A DNA stretch of 64,000 bases from Alphaproteobacteria bacterium (GTDB lineage Bacteria > Pseudomonadota > Alphaproteobacteria > JAJTHO01 > CANGYM01), in contig JBILRW010000004.1 in assembly GCA_044372405.1 (NCBI GenBank), forward strand, positions 7,171-71,170, written 5' to 3'. The notes under the pieces are model-generated. The model saw only the letters and a list, made by a program, of their open reading frames with translations. It searched no databases and was not told where the DNA came from. Position 1 is the stretch's first letter. Each line of letters starts with the position of its first letter. This document shows positions 48,204-57,571 of the stretch, piece by piece. The translations under genes were made by a program, and so were the position numbers.

Positions 48204-49131
48204 TGTCCCCCTGGGGTAAAACAGCGCTTTGGCCCAGCGGGTGACAGGTTTGCAGGGTATCCCGCAAATGATCATCGGGAATGTGGGTATAAATCTGGGT
48301 GGTGGAGAGATCTTCATGACGCAAAATGGCCTGGAGTGTGGGCAGATCGACGCCCCGATGCAGCAAATGCGTGGCCAAAGAATGCCGCAAAACGTGGGCC
48401 GACAGGGGGGGAAGGCCCACCTTGGCCGCTAAATTTTTAAGTTTCAGATCCAGCTGCTGGCGGGTGACGTGCCCCTGGCGACTGCGAGCGGGAAACAAAA
48501 ACGGGCTTTGGGGGCGGGATAAAAAATGGGGACGGACGGCCTGATAGGCCCGCAAAGCCTCTGCCGTCCCGACGGTTAGGGGCAAAAGGCGTTCTTTGCC
48601 CCCCTTTCCCGTGACCATGAGAGAACTCAGATCTTTGGACAGGGCCGAAAGCGGCAGCGAAACCAGCTCACTGGCGCGAAGGCCAACGCCATACAGAAGC
48701 TCCAGCATGGCCAGCAGGCGTTTGTCCTCTGGCGTTAAGGCCCGCTGCAACCAGGCAAAAAGACAGGCCACGTGGTCTTCGGTTAAATAATGGGGGATGG
48801 GGCGGGGTTGCGCGGGGGTTTTCAGGGATTTTGTGGGGTTATCGGGCCGGATGCCTTCCGTTTGTAAAAACAAAAAAAATTGACGCAGAGCCGTAATGGC
48901 GCGGCTGCGGCTTCGGGGGCTAAGGGAGAGGGCCTGAACATAGGCGATGATGTCCTCAGCCGTAACAGATTCCATGGGTTTTTGTGTTTTTTCCAAAAAA
49001 AAGCCAATATCCCGACGATACGCCATAAGGGTATTGGGCGCAGCATTGCGTTCAATGGCCATCATGTCCAAAAAACGCCCCAAGAAGGTCGGCGATACCG
49101 GCGCAGCAAAATCAATGATCTCCGTGGTCAT
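48196..49131 (-). CDS. xerD: site-specific tyrosine recombinase XerC/XerD type
   Basis: N-terminal SAM-like domain (FLDMMAIERNAAPNTLMAYRRD) and catalytic C-terminus with ...HVLRHSLATHLLHRGVDLPTLQAILRHEDLSTTQIYTHI (R-H-R-Y). Confidence 0.85.
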   Translation of the reverse strand: MTTEIIDFAAPVSPTFLGRFLDMMAIERNAAPNTLMAYRRDIGFFLEKTQKPMESVTAEDIIAYVQALSLSPRSRSRAITALRQFFLFLQTEGIRPDNPTKSLKTPAQPRPIPHYLTEDHVACLFAWLQRALTPEDKRLLAMLELLYGVGLRASELVSLPLSALSKDLSSLMVTGKGGKERLLPLTVGTAEALRAYQAVRPHFLSRPQSPFLFPARSRQGHVTRQQLDLKLKNLAAKVGLPPLSAHVLRHSLATHLLHRGVDLPTLQAILRHEDLSTTQIYTHIPDDHLRDTLQTCHPLGQSAVLPQGDNV

Positions 49132-49459
49132 GATCCCCTGCCCCCGATACCAAACGAAAGGTCCGGCTGCAATACGGACAGACGATTTGCCTTTGAGATC
49201 CCATGGCCAGATAAACCTTTGGATGTCCCAAGGGCCCGCCGCCGCCATCACATGAGGGACGCGGGGTTTTGACATCAATAACCTCGAAGGCATCCGCGTT
49301 TGGAGGGGTCAGGGGTGAAACGGATGGGATCATGATACGGGGTTTCCTGGATTTTTCCTGTTTTTTATAAAGGGGTTTGGGGGAAAAATCAATGGGAGGG
49401 TTTAAGTGTTTGTTTTTAGCCTTTCCTTAAAGAATTGGCTTTTATAGTCATAGGATTCG

Positions 49460-49578
49460 GGACTTAGGCAAAACCTTGCGTCTGGCGAGCGCAGCGAAGC
49501 AATCCAGAAATGCCGATACCGGAAAAACTGGATTGCCACGCCTCCTACGGAGGCTCGCAATGACGTTTTGCGTAAGTC
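49460..49578. repeat. type-1 palindromic element, copy 7
   Basis: ggacttaggcaaaaccttgcgtctggcgagcgcagcgaagcaatccag...ctggattgccacgcctcctacggaggctcgcaatgacgttttgcgtaagtc; flanked by direct ATAGGATT. Confidence 0.85.
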
Positions 49579-49619
49579 ATAGGATTGTTTTGGGAAGCCA
49601 TAGAGGAACCACAACCACC

Positions 49620-50228
49620 ATGCGGGTCAAGGTTATTGAGTGTCATCACCAAGGGACCCTATCCATGGACGGGTTATCCGATCTGTTATCGGCGCGTTTT
49701 TTGATGCACAAGCATGATTTGTTTGCGGTGGATGAGGACGGAAAACAGGCTGTTTGGTTGCAAAATTATTACCGCATGAACCCACCGGCGGTTCTGGTTG
49801 GTAAAGGGAATGTGGAAATTTCTCCCCTGGCGATTTTATCGCTGTGCCGGAAAGCCAGCCTGGAATTTTTGCGCGAGATCAAAGAATCCCTGAACCAATA
49901 CAAGCAAAGCATTGCCCATATTAAAAAAGCCGTTCACGTGCCCAGTGGGGGGGAGGTGTGTATTGAACCCAGCCATATGCTGCTGGAGACCTCCGACAGC
50001 CAAGTCTTAATCACCTTGGTGCGTCAAGGGGAACAGGGGATTTTGGTTCTGGATAACATGGTGCCCCGTGTCGGAGATACCCTAACGGCGGAGGCCTTTG
50101 CCCAGAAAAAAGCCATTTATTATCATGATTCCACGGGGCTAAATCATGATATTGTGGCGTTTCACTTGCGGGACCACCCGGATGATCCGGGGCATGAGGT
50201 GCATGTTTTAATTAAGGTGCAGCTTTAA
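49620..50228 (+). CDS. hypothetical protein (202 aa)
   Basis: ORF beginning MRVKVIECHHQGTLSMDGL...; upstream extension of the ORF is translated repeat; no recognisable domain. Confidence 0.45.
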   Translation: MRVKVIECHHQGTLSMDGLSDLLSARFLMHKHDLFAVDEDGKQAVWLQNYYRMNPPAVLVGKGNVEISPLAILSLCRKASLEFLREIKESLNQYKQSIAHIKKAVHVPSGGEVCIEPSHMLLETSDSQVLITLVRQGEQGILVLDNMVPRVGDTLTAEAFAQKKAIYYHDSTGLNHDIVAFHLRDHPDDPGHEVHVLIKVQL

Positions 50229-51987
50229 CATCCTCAATGATCACCTGAACGGTGGGCGTGCTGCCCCAGGTGTCTTTTTTTAAGGTTCCGGCCACCGAAA
50301 GAGGTTTTCCCCGACTGTTAAGTAAGGCCTGACCCATGGGATGATCGGCGCAGCGAAAGGCAATGGCCTTGGATGACCAAGCACGCTGGGGATCCTTCAG
50401 CTGACACCGCACATGGGCCCCGCCCACAACACCCGCAAAGGACACCACCACCTGATGAAACGCAAAACGCGGCTGGGGGTTGCCCACGCCAAAGGGCGAA
50501 AGGCGCTCAATCTGCTCCACCAAAGACAGATTGGCGGCGGTGAGCGGTAGCGATAAATCCAAATCCAAGAGCGGGCGAATGTTATCCCGGGCAATAATTT
50601 CGCCAATGCGGGATTCAAAAAACGCATGGGCCGCTGTCAGTTGATCCGCTGTCACGCTAAAGCCCCCCGCCATGGCATGGCCGCCGCCGGCCAGCAAGAT
50701 CCCCTCTTGCCGCGCCGCCAGGATCATCTGCCCCAGGTGAATGCCCCGAATGGATCGGCAAGAGGCCTTGGCAATCCCCTTATCATCCAGCGCCAAAACC
50801 ACCGCAGGTTTGTGGTAACGATCCTTTAGCCGGCTGGCTACAATGCCGATAACACCCGGATGCCAGCCCTGGCCATAGACCCAGATCATGCTGCCGGTGG
50901 TGCCCTCGGCCTGGCGGATGGCTTGATCCAGGATATCGGCTTCGATGGTTTTGCGCTCGGCATTGTGCAGGGCCAGGGCCTGGGAATACACCATGGCTTG
51001 CTGCGCATCATCACAGCTGAGCAATTTCGACCCCATATCCGATTGCCCCACGCGGCCCCCGGCATTGATATGGGGGCCCAGGATAAAGCCCAGGTGATAG
51101 GGGCTGGGGGCCTCGTCCAAACGAGCCACATCAGAAAGGACCTTTAGCCCCATGTTCATGCGGCGGCCCAACACCTTCAGCCCCTGGGAAACAAAGGCGC
51201 GGTTGATGCCATGCAGTGGCACCACATCACACACCGTTCCCAGCGCCACAATATCCAAGAGCAAGAGTAAATTAGGCTCGGGCTGGGTTTCAAAAAAGCC
51301 TTCTTTTTTTAATGTTTGATTTAACGCCACCAAAAACAAAAACGTCACCCCCACCGCCGCCAGGTGACCGCAGGGGCTGTCTTCATCCAAACGATTGGGA
51401 TTCACCACGGCCACGGCGGGGGGCAAGGCGCTTTCCCCCACGTGATGGTCAATGACAATAACATCCAGCCCCAAATCCCGGGCATAGCCCAGGGGATCAT
51501 GGGCCACAATGCCGCAATCAACGGTAATGACCACCTTCATCCCCAGAGCCTTCAGTTTATCAAACGCCCCCCGATTGGGGCCGTAGCCCTCTGCCATACG
51601 GTCCGGAATATACACCGTCAGCGGCCGGCCCAGCATACTCATATAGCGTTTCAGCAGCGCCGATGATGTCGCCCCATCCACATCGTAATCCCCAAAAACG
51701 GCGATGGCGTCTTTGTTTTTCAGGGCGGCCACCATGCGGGTGACGGCGCGGTCCATGTCCTTTAGGTGGAACGGATCGGGGAGTAACTCCTTCAGCCGGG
51801 GATTCAAAAAAACGGCTGCCGTTTCCAGGGCAATGCCGCGAATGGCCAACAGTTTCCCCACAACCTCTGGCACGCCATGCCGCTGTGCCAGGGCCAAGGC
51901 CGTGCGGTCTGAATAGGGCTTCAGCGACCACAGCCGACCCGTCAGGGAAAGCGATTCATCCAATACATCCATAAAACATCCCTTCAA
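50212..51987 (-). CDS. recJ: single-stranded-DNA-specific exonuclease RecJ
   Basis: 591 aa, DHH motifs FGDYDVDGATS and VIVIDHHV, DHHA1 domain, C-terminal OB fold. Confidence 0.9.
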   Translation of the reverse strand: MKGCFMDVLDESLSLTGRLWSLKPYSDRTALALAQRHGVPEVVGKLLAIRGIALETAAVFLNPRLKELLPDPFHLKDMDRAVTRMVAALKNKDAIAVFGDYDVDGATSSALLKRYMSMLGRPLTVYIPDRMAEGYGPNRGAFDKLKALGMKVVITVDCGIVAHDPLGYARDLGLDVIVIDHHVGESALPPAVAVVNPNRLDEDSPCGHLAAVGVTFLFLVALNQTLKKEGFFETQPEPNLLLLLDIVALGTVCDVVPLHGINRAFVSQGLKVLGRRMNMGLKVLSDVARLDEAPSPYHLGFILGPHINAGGRVGQSDMGSKLLSCDDAQQAMVYSQALALHNAERKTIEADILDQAIRQAEGTTGSMIWVYGQGWHPGVIGIVASRLKDRYHKPAVVLALDDKGIAKASCRSIRGIHLGQMILAARQEGILLAGGGHAMAGGFSVTADQLTAAHAFFESRIGEIIARDNIRPLLDLDLSLPLTAANLSLVEQIERLSPFGVGNPQPRFAFHQVVVSFAGVVGGAHVRCQLKDPQRAWSSKAIAFRCADHPMGQALLNSRGKPLSVAGTLKKDTWGSTPTVQVIIEDVKAAP

Positions 51988-51996
51988 GCAGGGGCA

Positions 51997-52581
51997 TCAT
52001 AGCAAAGTTTGGGGCCAAGTGATGGATTTCATGCGATCTCGTGCGGACTGAGAAATAAAATAACAATCTCCCTCGTCATACTTAGCACCCCAAATGTCGC
52101 ACTTAGGAAATATCCTTTCAACACATTGAAGCCACTCCATCTCAACGCCGCAGCCCACCAGTTCCAAACGCTTTAAATTCGAGAGAGGCCTTATCCAATC
52201 CGTGCTAGAGGGAATCTGAAGGCATATTAAAGTAAGAGCCTCTAAATTCACCAATGATCCTAGAGCATAAAACAAATTGTGATCAAATTTTTTTTCGAAT
52301 ATCGCTTTGTATTTGCGATTAAGTTTATTTGGGTATTTCTGATTCAGATAATATTCGAATGCGTCATCTTCGTATTCGATATCGATAACCAAGCGATTAA
52401 TGTCTGGGGGAATCTCTGAGAAGTTCGTGCATTCCTGGCCATTAAAGACTCTAAAAATATTTTCACATTTTTCATAAGAAAACTTCGTTGTAAAAGCGGA
52501 TTTAGCCATAAGCCCTAAGCACGAAAAACTGTTGAAAGTGGCATCATAGCAAAGTTTGGGGGAAGGGACAGGGGGGATCAT
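51997..52581 (-). CDS. hypothetical leucine-rich-repeat protein (eukaryote-like cysteine-containing LRR), AT-rich
   Basis: LVNLEALTLICLQIPSSTDWIRPLSNLKRLELVGCGV fits LxxLxLxxCxxI LRR_cc consensus; low-GC ORF immediately beside tRNA-Cys; true start may be MAKSAF at 52509. Confidence 0.5.
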   Translation of the reverse strand: MIPPVPSPKLCYDATFNSFSCLGLMAKSAFTTKFSYEKCENIFRVFNGQECTNFSEIPPDINRLVIDIEYEDDAFEYYLNQKYPNKLNRKYKAIFEKKFDHNLFYALGSLVNLEALTLICLQIPSSTDWIRPLSNLKRLELVGCGVEMEWLQCVERIFPKCDIWGAKYDEGDCYFISQSARDRMKSITWPQTLL

Positions 52582-52593
52582 GGAAAAAAACTT

Positions 52594-52667
52594 TGGAGGC
52601 TCGGAAGGGAATCGAACCCCCGTACAAGGATTTGCAGTCCTCTACATCACCACTCTGCCACCGAGCC
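52594..52667 (-). tRNA. tRNA-Cys (anticodon GCA)
   Basis: reverse complement GGCTCGGTGGCAGAGTGGTGATGTAGAGGACTGCAAATCCTTGTACGGGGGTTCGATTCCCTTCCGAGCCTCCA, anticodon loop CTGCAAA. Confidence 0.9.
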
Positions 52668-52720
52668 TTGCATGATTCATTTTATAAAGACCCTGCCGTT
52701 AAAAAGCAAGATGATTGTGG

Positions 52721-52836
52721 AATTTACGCAGAACGTCATTGCGAGCCTCCGTAGGAGGCGTGGCAATCCAGTCTTTTGTGGCGGCATTTCTGGGTTGCTT
52801 CGCTGCGCTCGCAATGACGAACACTTTGCGTAAGTC
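52721..52836. repeat. type-1 palindromic element, copy 8
   Basis: aatttacgcagaacgtcattgcgagcctccgtaggaggcgtggcaatccag...gggttgcttcgctgcgctcgcaatgacgaacactttgcgtaagtc. Confidence 0.85.
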
Positions 52837-52856
52837 ATTGATTGCAAAGGACTTTC

Positions 52857-52894
52857 TGTCACCTGTCACCTGTCACCTGTCCCCCGTCACCTGA
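52857..52894. repeat. tandem heptad array (TGTCACC)x5, single arm
   Basis: ctgtcacctgtcacctgtcacctgtcccccgtcacctg; supplies the last codons (VTGDR-stop) of coaBC. Confidence 0.85.
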
Positions 52895-54060
52895 TCCCAC
52901 ACCATGCTGGCCAGGCTTTCTTTACTTTGGCGGGGAAAGGGGATTTCGTGATGCTCGGTGATGAGGGTTAAGGCATTGTCGGGGCTGTCAAAGGCGGGGG
53001 CATCGGGGGTGTGGGTGTTGGCCAGGATGATGTCACAGTTTTTTTGAATACGTTTGGCGGCCGCTTTGGCCAGGGTGTCCTCAGTTTGGGCGGCAAAGCC
53101 AATGACGCACCGGGGCCGTTGCCCCGCGGGCAGGGCCGCGAGGGTGGCCAGGACATCCACCGTGGGCACCAGGGTTAGGGTCAGGGGGTTGGTTTTGGGG
53201 CGTTTGCCGGAACAAACATCTTCACACCGGTAATCCGCCACGGCGGCCACAGCCAGGCAATAATCAAAGGGCTGGGGGCGGTTTTGAATTTGGGCGAGGG
53301 CGGCGGAGCGCATAGCTTCTGCCGTGGGGGTTTTGATATAGTGAATGCGGGGGGACGTTGGGCGGGGGGCGGTGGTAAACCCCTCCAAAATCACCACCTC
53401 CGCCCCGCGTTCGGCGGCGGCTGCTGCCAGGGCATAGCCCATCTGGCCGCTGCTGGCATTGCTGAGGAAACGCACGGGATCCAGCGGTTCCCGCGTCGCC
53501 CCCACGGTGAGGAGCACCGATTTTCCGGTTAACGTTAGCGGCGCCAGCAGCGCCCCCACAATGGTTTCGGGCTCGGCCATGCGGCCCTGCCCTTCTTCCC
53601 CGCAGGCGGCCTCACCCACGGCGGGTTCAATGACAGAGATGCCGCGTTTTTTTAGGGTTTCTATATTGGCTTGCGTGGCGGCGTGGGCGTACATGGCGGG
53701 ATTCATGGCCGGTGCAACCCACACGGGGGCCGTTGTGGCCAGCAAGACCGCACGGGCCAGATCATCCGCCGCCCCCATGGCCATGGTGGCCAGAAAATCA
53801 GCGGAGGCCGGCGCCACAAGCACAACATCGGCCTCCCGCGCCAGGCGGATGTGGCCCATGGTGGCTTCATCGGTCAGGGAAAACAAATCGGTATAGACGG
53901 GATGCCCGCTTAGGGCTGAGAGGGTCAGCGGACTGATGAACTGCTGGGCCCCCGATGTCATGATCACCTGAACGCTGTGGCCCTGTTTTTGGAGCAGGCG
54001 CAGGACCTCGCAGGCCTTATACGCCGCAACGCTGCCGGTGATGATTAAGAGAACGCGCAT
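52873..54060 (-). CDS. coaBC: bifunctional phosphopantothenoylcysteine decarboxylase / phosphopantothenate--cysteine ligase
   Basis: 395 aa, flavoprotein N-domain MRVLLIITGSVAAYKA plus CoaB C-domain. Confidence 0.9.
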   Translation of the reverse strand: MRVLLIITGSVAAYKACEVLRLLQKQGHSVQVIMTSGAQQFISPLTLSALSGHPVYTDLFSLTDEATMGHIRLAREADVVLVAPASADFLATMAMGAADDLARAVLLATTAPVWVAPAMNPAMYAHAATQANIETLKKRGISVIEPAVGEAACGEEGQGRMAEPETIVGALLAPLTLTGKSVLLTVGATREPLDPVRFLSNASSGQMGYALAAAAAERGAEVVILEGFTTAPRPTSPRIHYIKTPTAEAMRSAALAQIQNRPQPFDYCLAVAAVADYRCEDVCSGKRPKTNPLTLTLVPTVDVLATLAALPAGQRPRCVIGFAAQTEDTLAKAAAKRIQKNCDIILANTHTPDAPAFDSPDNALTLITEHHEIPFPRQSKESLASMVWDQVTGDR

Positions 54061-54069
54061 GTCCTGCCT

Positions 54070-54990
54070 TTAGTGTAGAAACAATGCCACAAACACCGGA
54101 ATGTAGAACAAACCGATTAACATACTGAAAAAAACGGTGGTGGCGGCCTTTTCCGGGTGAATGCGGTACTGGGCGGCAAAGGCCACGGTGTTACCGGCAA
54201 GCGGCATAATGCTGATAATCATCAGCACGCGCCGGGCCGTATCATCCAACATGCCCACAAAGTGCTGATCCAACGCCACCACGGCAAAGGCCAGAGCCGG
54301 CCACAACACAAATTTTTGCCCCCACAGCAGCGCCGCAAAACGCCCGCCGCCCAGGGTCAGGGACTTCACGCCGGATAGGCCCAATCCCACAATCATAATC
54401 CCCAAAACGACATAGGCCCCCCGGAAATAGCCCCATAAATCCAGCAGGGGCCCAGGCAACACCACCCCCGTGGCATTGAGTATCAACCCCGCCGCCGTGG
54501 CGTACAGCACCGGCATATGGGCGATTTTTTTCAGGCTTTCTTTGGGGGAGAAATGACCCCGGGCCAAGAAATACAACCCCAGCGTGTATTCGCAAAGGGC
54601 CACACCCAGGGCCGCGAAAATGTAGACACTGAGGTCATCCGGATACAGCGCGGCAAAAACCGGCACCCCCAGATACCCGGAATTGGCGGTGGAGGACGCC
54701 TGGCCGATTAAATTGCGATGGCGGTCTTGGTAAAACAGTCCGCTGAAATGATACATGGTGGTGCCGGTAATGGCCGCCATGGCGTAACAAATAAAGGGCA
54801 TCAGGATATAGGCGGGCCGAAGCTCCATGGTCGCCGCCGCGCCGAAAAACACGGCGGGGACAACGATTTGAATCAGAATTTTGCTTAAACTCCGCCGTCC
54901 CACCCGCAAAAAACGCCCCGCCACAAAGCCCAGGAAAATCAGAAAGTACAGGGGCAAAATTTTGCCCAGCAGCAGAAAAAAAAGATCCAT
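54070..54990 (-). CDS. AEC-family (auxin efflux carrier-like) membrane transporter
   Basis: ~306 aa, 9-10 TM helices, MDLFFLLLGKILPLYFLIFLGFVAGR N-terminus typical of the AEC/MdcF family. Confidence 0.7.
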   Translation of the reverse strand: MDLFFLLLGKILPLYFLIFLGFVAGRFLRVGRRSLSKILIQIVVPAVFFGAAATMELRPAYILMPFICYAMAAITGTTMYHFSGLFYQDRHRNLIGQASSTANSGYLGVPVFAALYPDDLSVYIFAALGVALCEYTLGLYFLARGHFSPKESLKKIAHMPVLYATAAGLILNATGVVLPGPLLDLWGYFRGAYVVLGIMIVGLGLSGVKSLTLGGGRFAALLWGQKFVLWPALAFAVVALDQHFVGMLDDTARRVLMIISIMPLAGNTVAFAAQYRIHPEKAATTVFFSMLIGLFYIPVFVALFLH

Positions 54991-55000
54991 GGGAGGCCTG

Positions 55001-55127
55001 GGTGGTGGTGAGTGGGGAGTGGGGAGTCGTAAAGATGGTGCCTGAGCAAGGAATGACTGTAACATTGTCACATTTAAAAAAAAAGATTATAAACACTACG
55101 ACTCACCACCCCCTACTCACCACCGAC
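55001..55127. repeat. imperfect 31-bp inverted repeat pair flanking a 65-bp spacer with palindrome tgtaacattgtcaca (55058-55072)
   Basis: ggtggtggtgagtggggagtggggagtcgta versus tacgactcaccaccccctactcaccaccgac in the divergent AEC / cysI intergenic region. Confidence 0.45.
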
Positions 55128-55136
55128 AATCTTGCC

Positions 55137-56849
55137 ATGACCGAAAAACTTTCCCACGTTGAACATGTTAAGGCCGACAGCCATCAGCTGCGCGGCACGA
55201 TCCAAACCGATTTGGTGGATACAGAAACGCCGTTTTCTGAGGATATGTATAATCTGCTGAAATTCCACGGCCTTTATCAGGGTTATAACCGCGATACGGC
55301 CACCGAGCGCAAAAAGCAAAAGCTGGAAAAAGAATACGAAATGATGATCCGCGTTCGCATACCCGGCGGGCGGATGAATCGGGCGCAATATCTGCATTTT
55401 GATACCTTGGCGGATCAGTATGGGGGGGGGAAGCTGCGCTTTACCACGCGCCAGGCCATTCAGTATCATAATATCCTAAAGGGCGATCTGCACGCCACCA
55501 TGGCGGGGATTAACGAGAGCTTGTTCACAACAGAAGCCGCCTGCGGCGATGTTGTCCGTAACGTCACCACCATTGCCGCGCCGATTCGGGACAAAATTCA
55601 CGAACGCCTTTACCATGACGCGGATATGCTATCGGCGGCGTTGTTGCCGCGCTCTAACGCATATGCTGAAATTTGGCTGGATAATGAAAAGTTTCTGGAT
55701 ATTCAGAATCCTTCTGTGAACAAAACCGGCGATGAGGTGGAGGATTTATACGGCCCCACCTATCTGCCCCGTAAATTCAAAATCGGCATCACGGTGCCTG
55801 AGGATAATTCGGTGGATGTTCTGACCAATGATCTGGGCATTGTGGCGTTGTTTGATGATCAGCAGACCTTGCTGGGGTACAATATCCATGTTGGGGGAGG
55901 GCTGGGGATTACCCATAACAAACCCGAAACCTATCCCCGCCTGGCCAGTGCCATTTGTTTTGTGGGGCCGGATGATTTGCTGGCGGCGGCCCGGGCTGTG
56001 GTCACCGTTCACCGCGACTGGGGGGACCGCACCAACCGCAAACATGCCCGTATCAAATATGTGGTTGAGGAAAAAGGCGTTTCTTGGGTCAAGGCCGAAA
56101 TGGAAAAAGTGATGGGCCGCCCGCTGGCGGATCCCAGGCCCCAAAGCCCCTATAAAATCGTGGATCATTTGGGGTGGCAGACCCAAGGCGATGGGCACCT
56201 CTATTTAGGCCTACCCGTTTTGAGTGGCCGCGTTCATGATGTTGGGGATATGCGTTTGCGCACGGCGCTGCGCCATGTGGTTACCGAGTATGCGCCCCTG
56301 GTCATTGTCAGCCCCACCCAAGATGTGATTTTGGGGGATATTCGCCCCGAGGACCGCGCCGCTGTGGAAGAGATCTTTCACAATCACGGCGTCAAGCTGC
56401 GGGATGAGGTTTCCAACGTCCGTCGCTGGTCCATGGCGTGTCCGGCGTTGCCCACCTGCGGGTTGGCCTTAACGGAGGCCGAGCGGATCCATGATCCCCT
56501 GATGGCCAATATCGAAACGATGCTGGCCGACATTGGCCTGGACAAAGACCTGTTCACCATCCGCATTACCGGTTGTCCCAACGGGTGCGCGCGTCCCTAT
56601 GCCGGGGATGTGGGGTTGGTGGGGCGGATACCCGGGTTTTACGCCCTGTATTTGGGGGGGGACTTCCTGGGCACACGCCTGAATGAAAAAGTTCTGGATA
56701 AGCTGGCCTATGACGCCATTCCCGCCACGTTGAAAAAGGCCCTGGTGGATTTTCGGGATCATCGAGAGGAGAAACATACGACCTTTGGCGATTATTGTCA
56801 TGATCGGGGGGTTGAGTACATGAAGGCTTTGCTGGCGGACGCTGCCTGA
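55137..56849 (+). CDS. cysI: assimilatory sulfite reductase hemoprotein (siroheme/4Fe-4S nitrite-sulfite reductase family)
   Basis: 570 aa, two NIR_SIR ferredoxin-like halves, cluster-binding CPALPTC...CPNGCARP. Confidence 0.85.
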   Translation: MTEKLSHVEHVKADSHQLRGTIQTDLVDTETPFSEDMYNLLKFHGLYQGYNRDTATERKKQKLEKEYEMMIRVRIPGGRMNRAQYLHFDTLADQYGGGKLRFTTRQAIQYHNILKGDLHATMAGINESLFTTEAACGDVVRNVTTIAAPIRDKIHERLYHDADMLSAALLPRSNAYAEIWLDNEKFLDIQNPSVNKTGDEVEDLYGPTYLPRKFKIGITVPEDNSVDVLTNDLGIVALFDDQQTLLGYNIHVGGGLGITHNKPETYPRLASAICFVGPDDLLAAARAVVTVHRDWGDRTNRKHARIKYVVEEKGVSWVKAEMEKVMGRPLADPRPQSPYKIVDHLGWQTQGDGHLYLGLPVLSGRVHDVGDMRLRTALRHVVTEYAPLVIVSPTQDVILGDIRPEDRAAVEEIFHNHGVKLRDEVSNVRRWSMACPALPTCGLALTEAERIHDPLMANIETMLADIGLDKDLFTIRITGCPNGCARPYAGDVGLVGRIPGFYALYLGGDFLGTRLNEKVLDKLAYDAIPATLKKALVDFRDHREEKHTTFGDYCHDRGVEYMKALLADAA

Positions 56850-57385
56850 TGCTGCCCCTGATGCTGGATGTGGCGAGCCTGCCCATTGCCCTGATGGGGC
56901 GGGGGGAGGCCTATGAAAAACGCATTACGCTGCTGAAAGAGGCGGGGGCGGGGAATTTGGATTTGTATTTGGTGAGCGAGGGGGGAGAGGCCCCTGCCCT
57001 CCTCACCACTTTCTCCGCCGGTACCTATCGCCTGGTTTATATCGCCGGCCTTACGGAAGAGGCCTCTCGCCCCTATTACGATGCCGCCAAAGCGGGGGGG
57101 GCCTTTGTGAATGTGGAGGATGTCAAACCCCTGTGTGATTTTCACGTCCCGTCCATCCTGCGCCGGGGCCCCATGATGATCACGGTATCCAGCGATGGCC
57201 AGGCCGCGGGATTGTCCAAGGCCATTACCCACCATCTGGGCACCCACGTTTTTCCGCCGATTTGGGAAACCTATTTTCAGGATCTGGTGGCCCTACGCGC
57301 CCAGATGAAGGCCGAAGGGGCCAGTTTTTCTGAGGTGGCCAGGGCTCTGAGGGAGGGGTTTGGGAGGTTGGTGGGGGAATTCTGA
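56849..57385 (+). CDS. siroheme synthase N-terminal-domain protein (precorrin-2 dehydrogenase / sirohydrochlorin ferrochelatase, CysG-N/SirC-like)
   Basis: 178 aa Rossmann-like domain; start overlaps cysI stop (ATGCTG over TGA), implying co-translation with cysI. Confidence 0.65.
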   Translation: MLPLMLDVASLPIALMGRGEAYEKRITLLKEAGAGNLDLYLVSEGGEAPALLTTFSAGTYRLVYIAGLTEEASRPYYDAAKAGGAFVNVEDVKPLCDFHVPSILRRGPMMITVSSDGQAAGLSKAITHHLGTHVFPPIWETYFQDLVALRAQMKAEGASFSEVARALREGFGRLVGEF

Positions 57386-57571
57386 TGAGCCCTTGTAGAG
57401 CGTTTCTGCTTTTGATGGATACGAGGAAGGCGAGGCGACGTGTATTAAACATACACGAGCCGATGGCTGACAACGTATCCATCAAAATGAGAAATGCTAT
57501 ACCTTGAAATCTCCCCCTCCCTTGGCTATGGTGGGCCTGTGAAGATAACAATAAAATTGAGACTCAAAACA

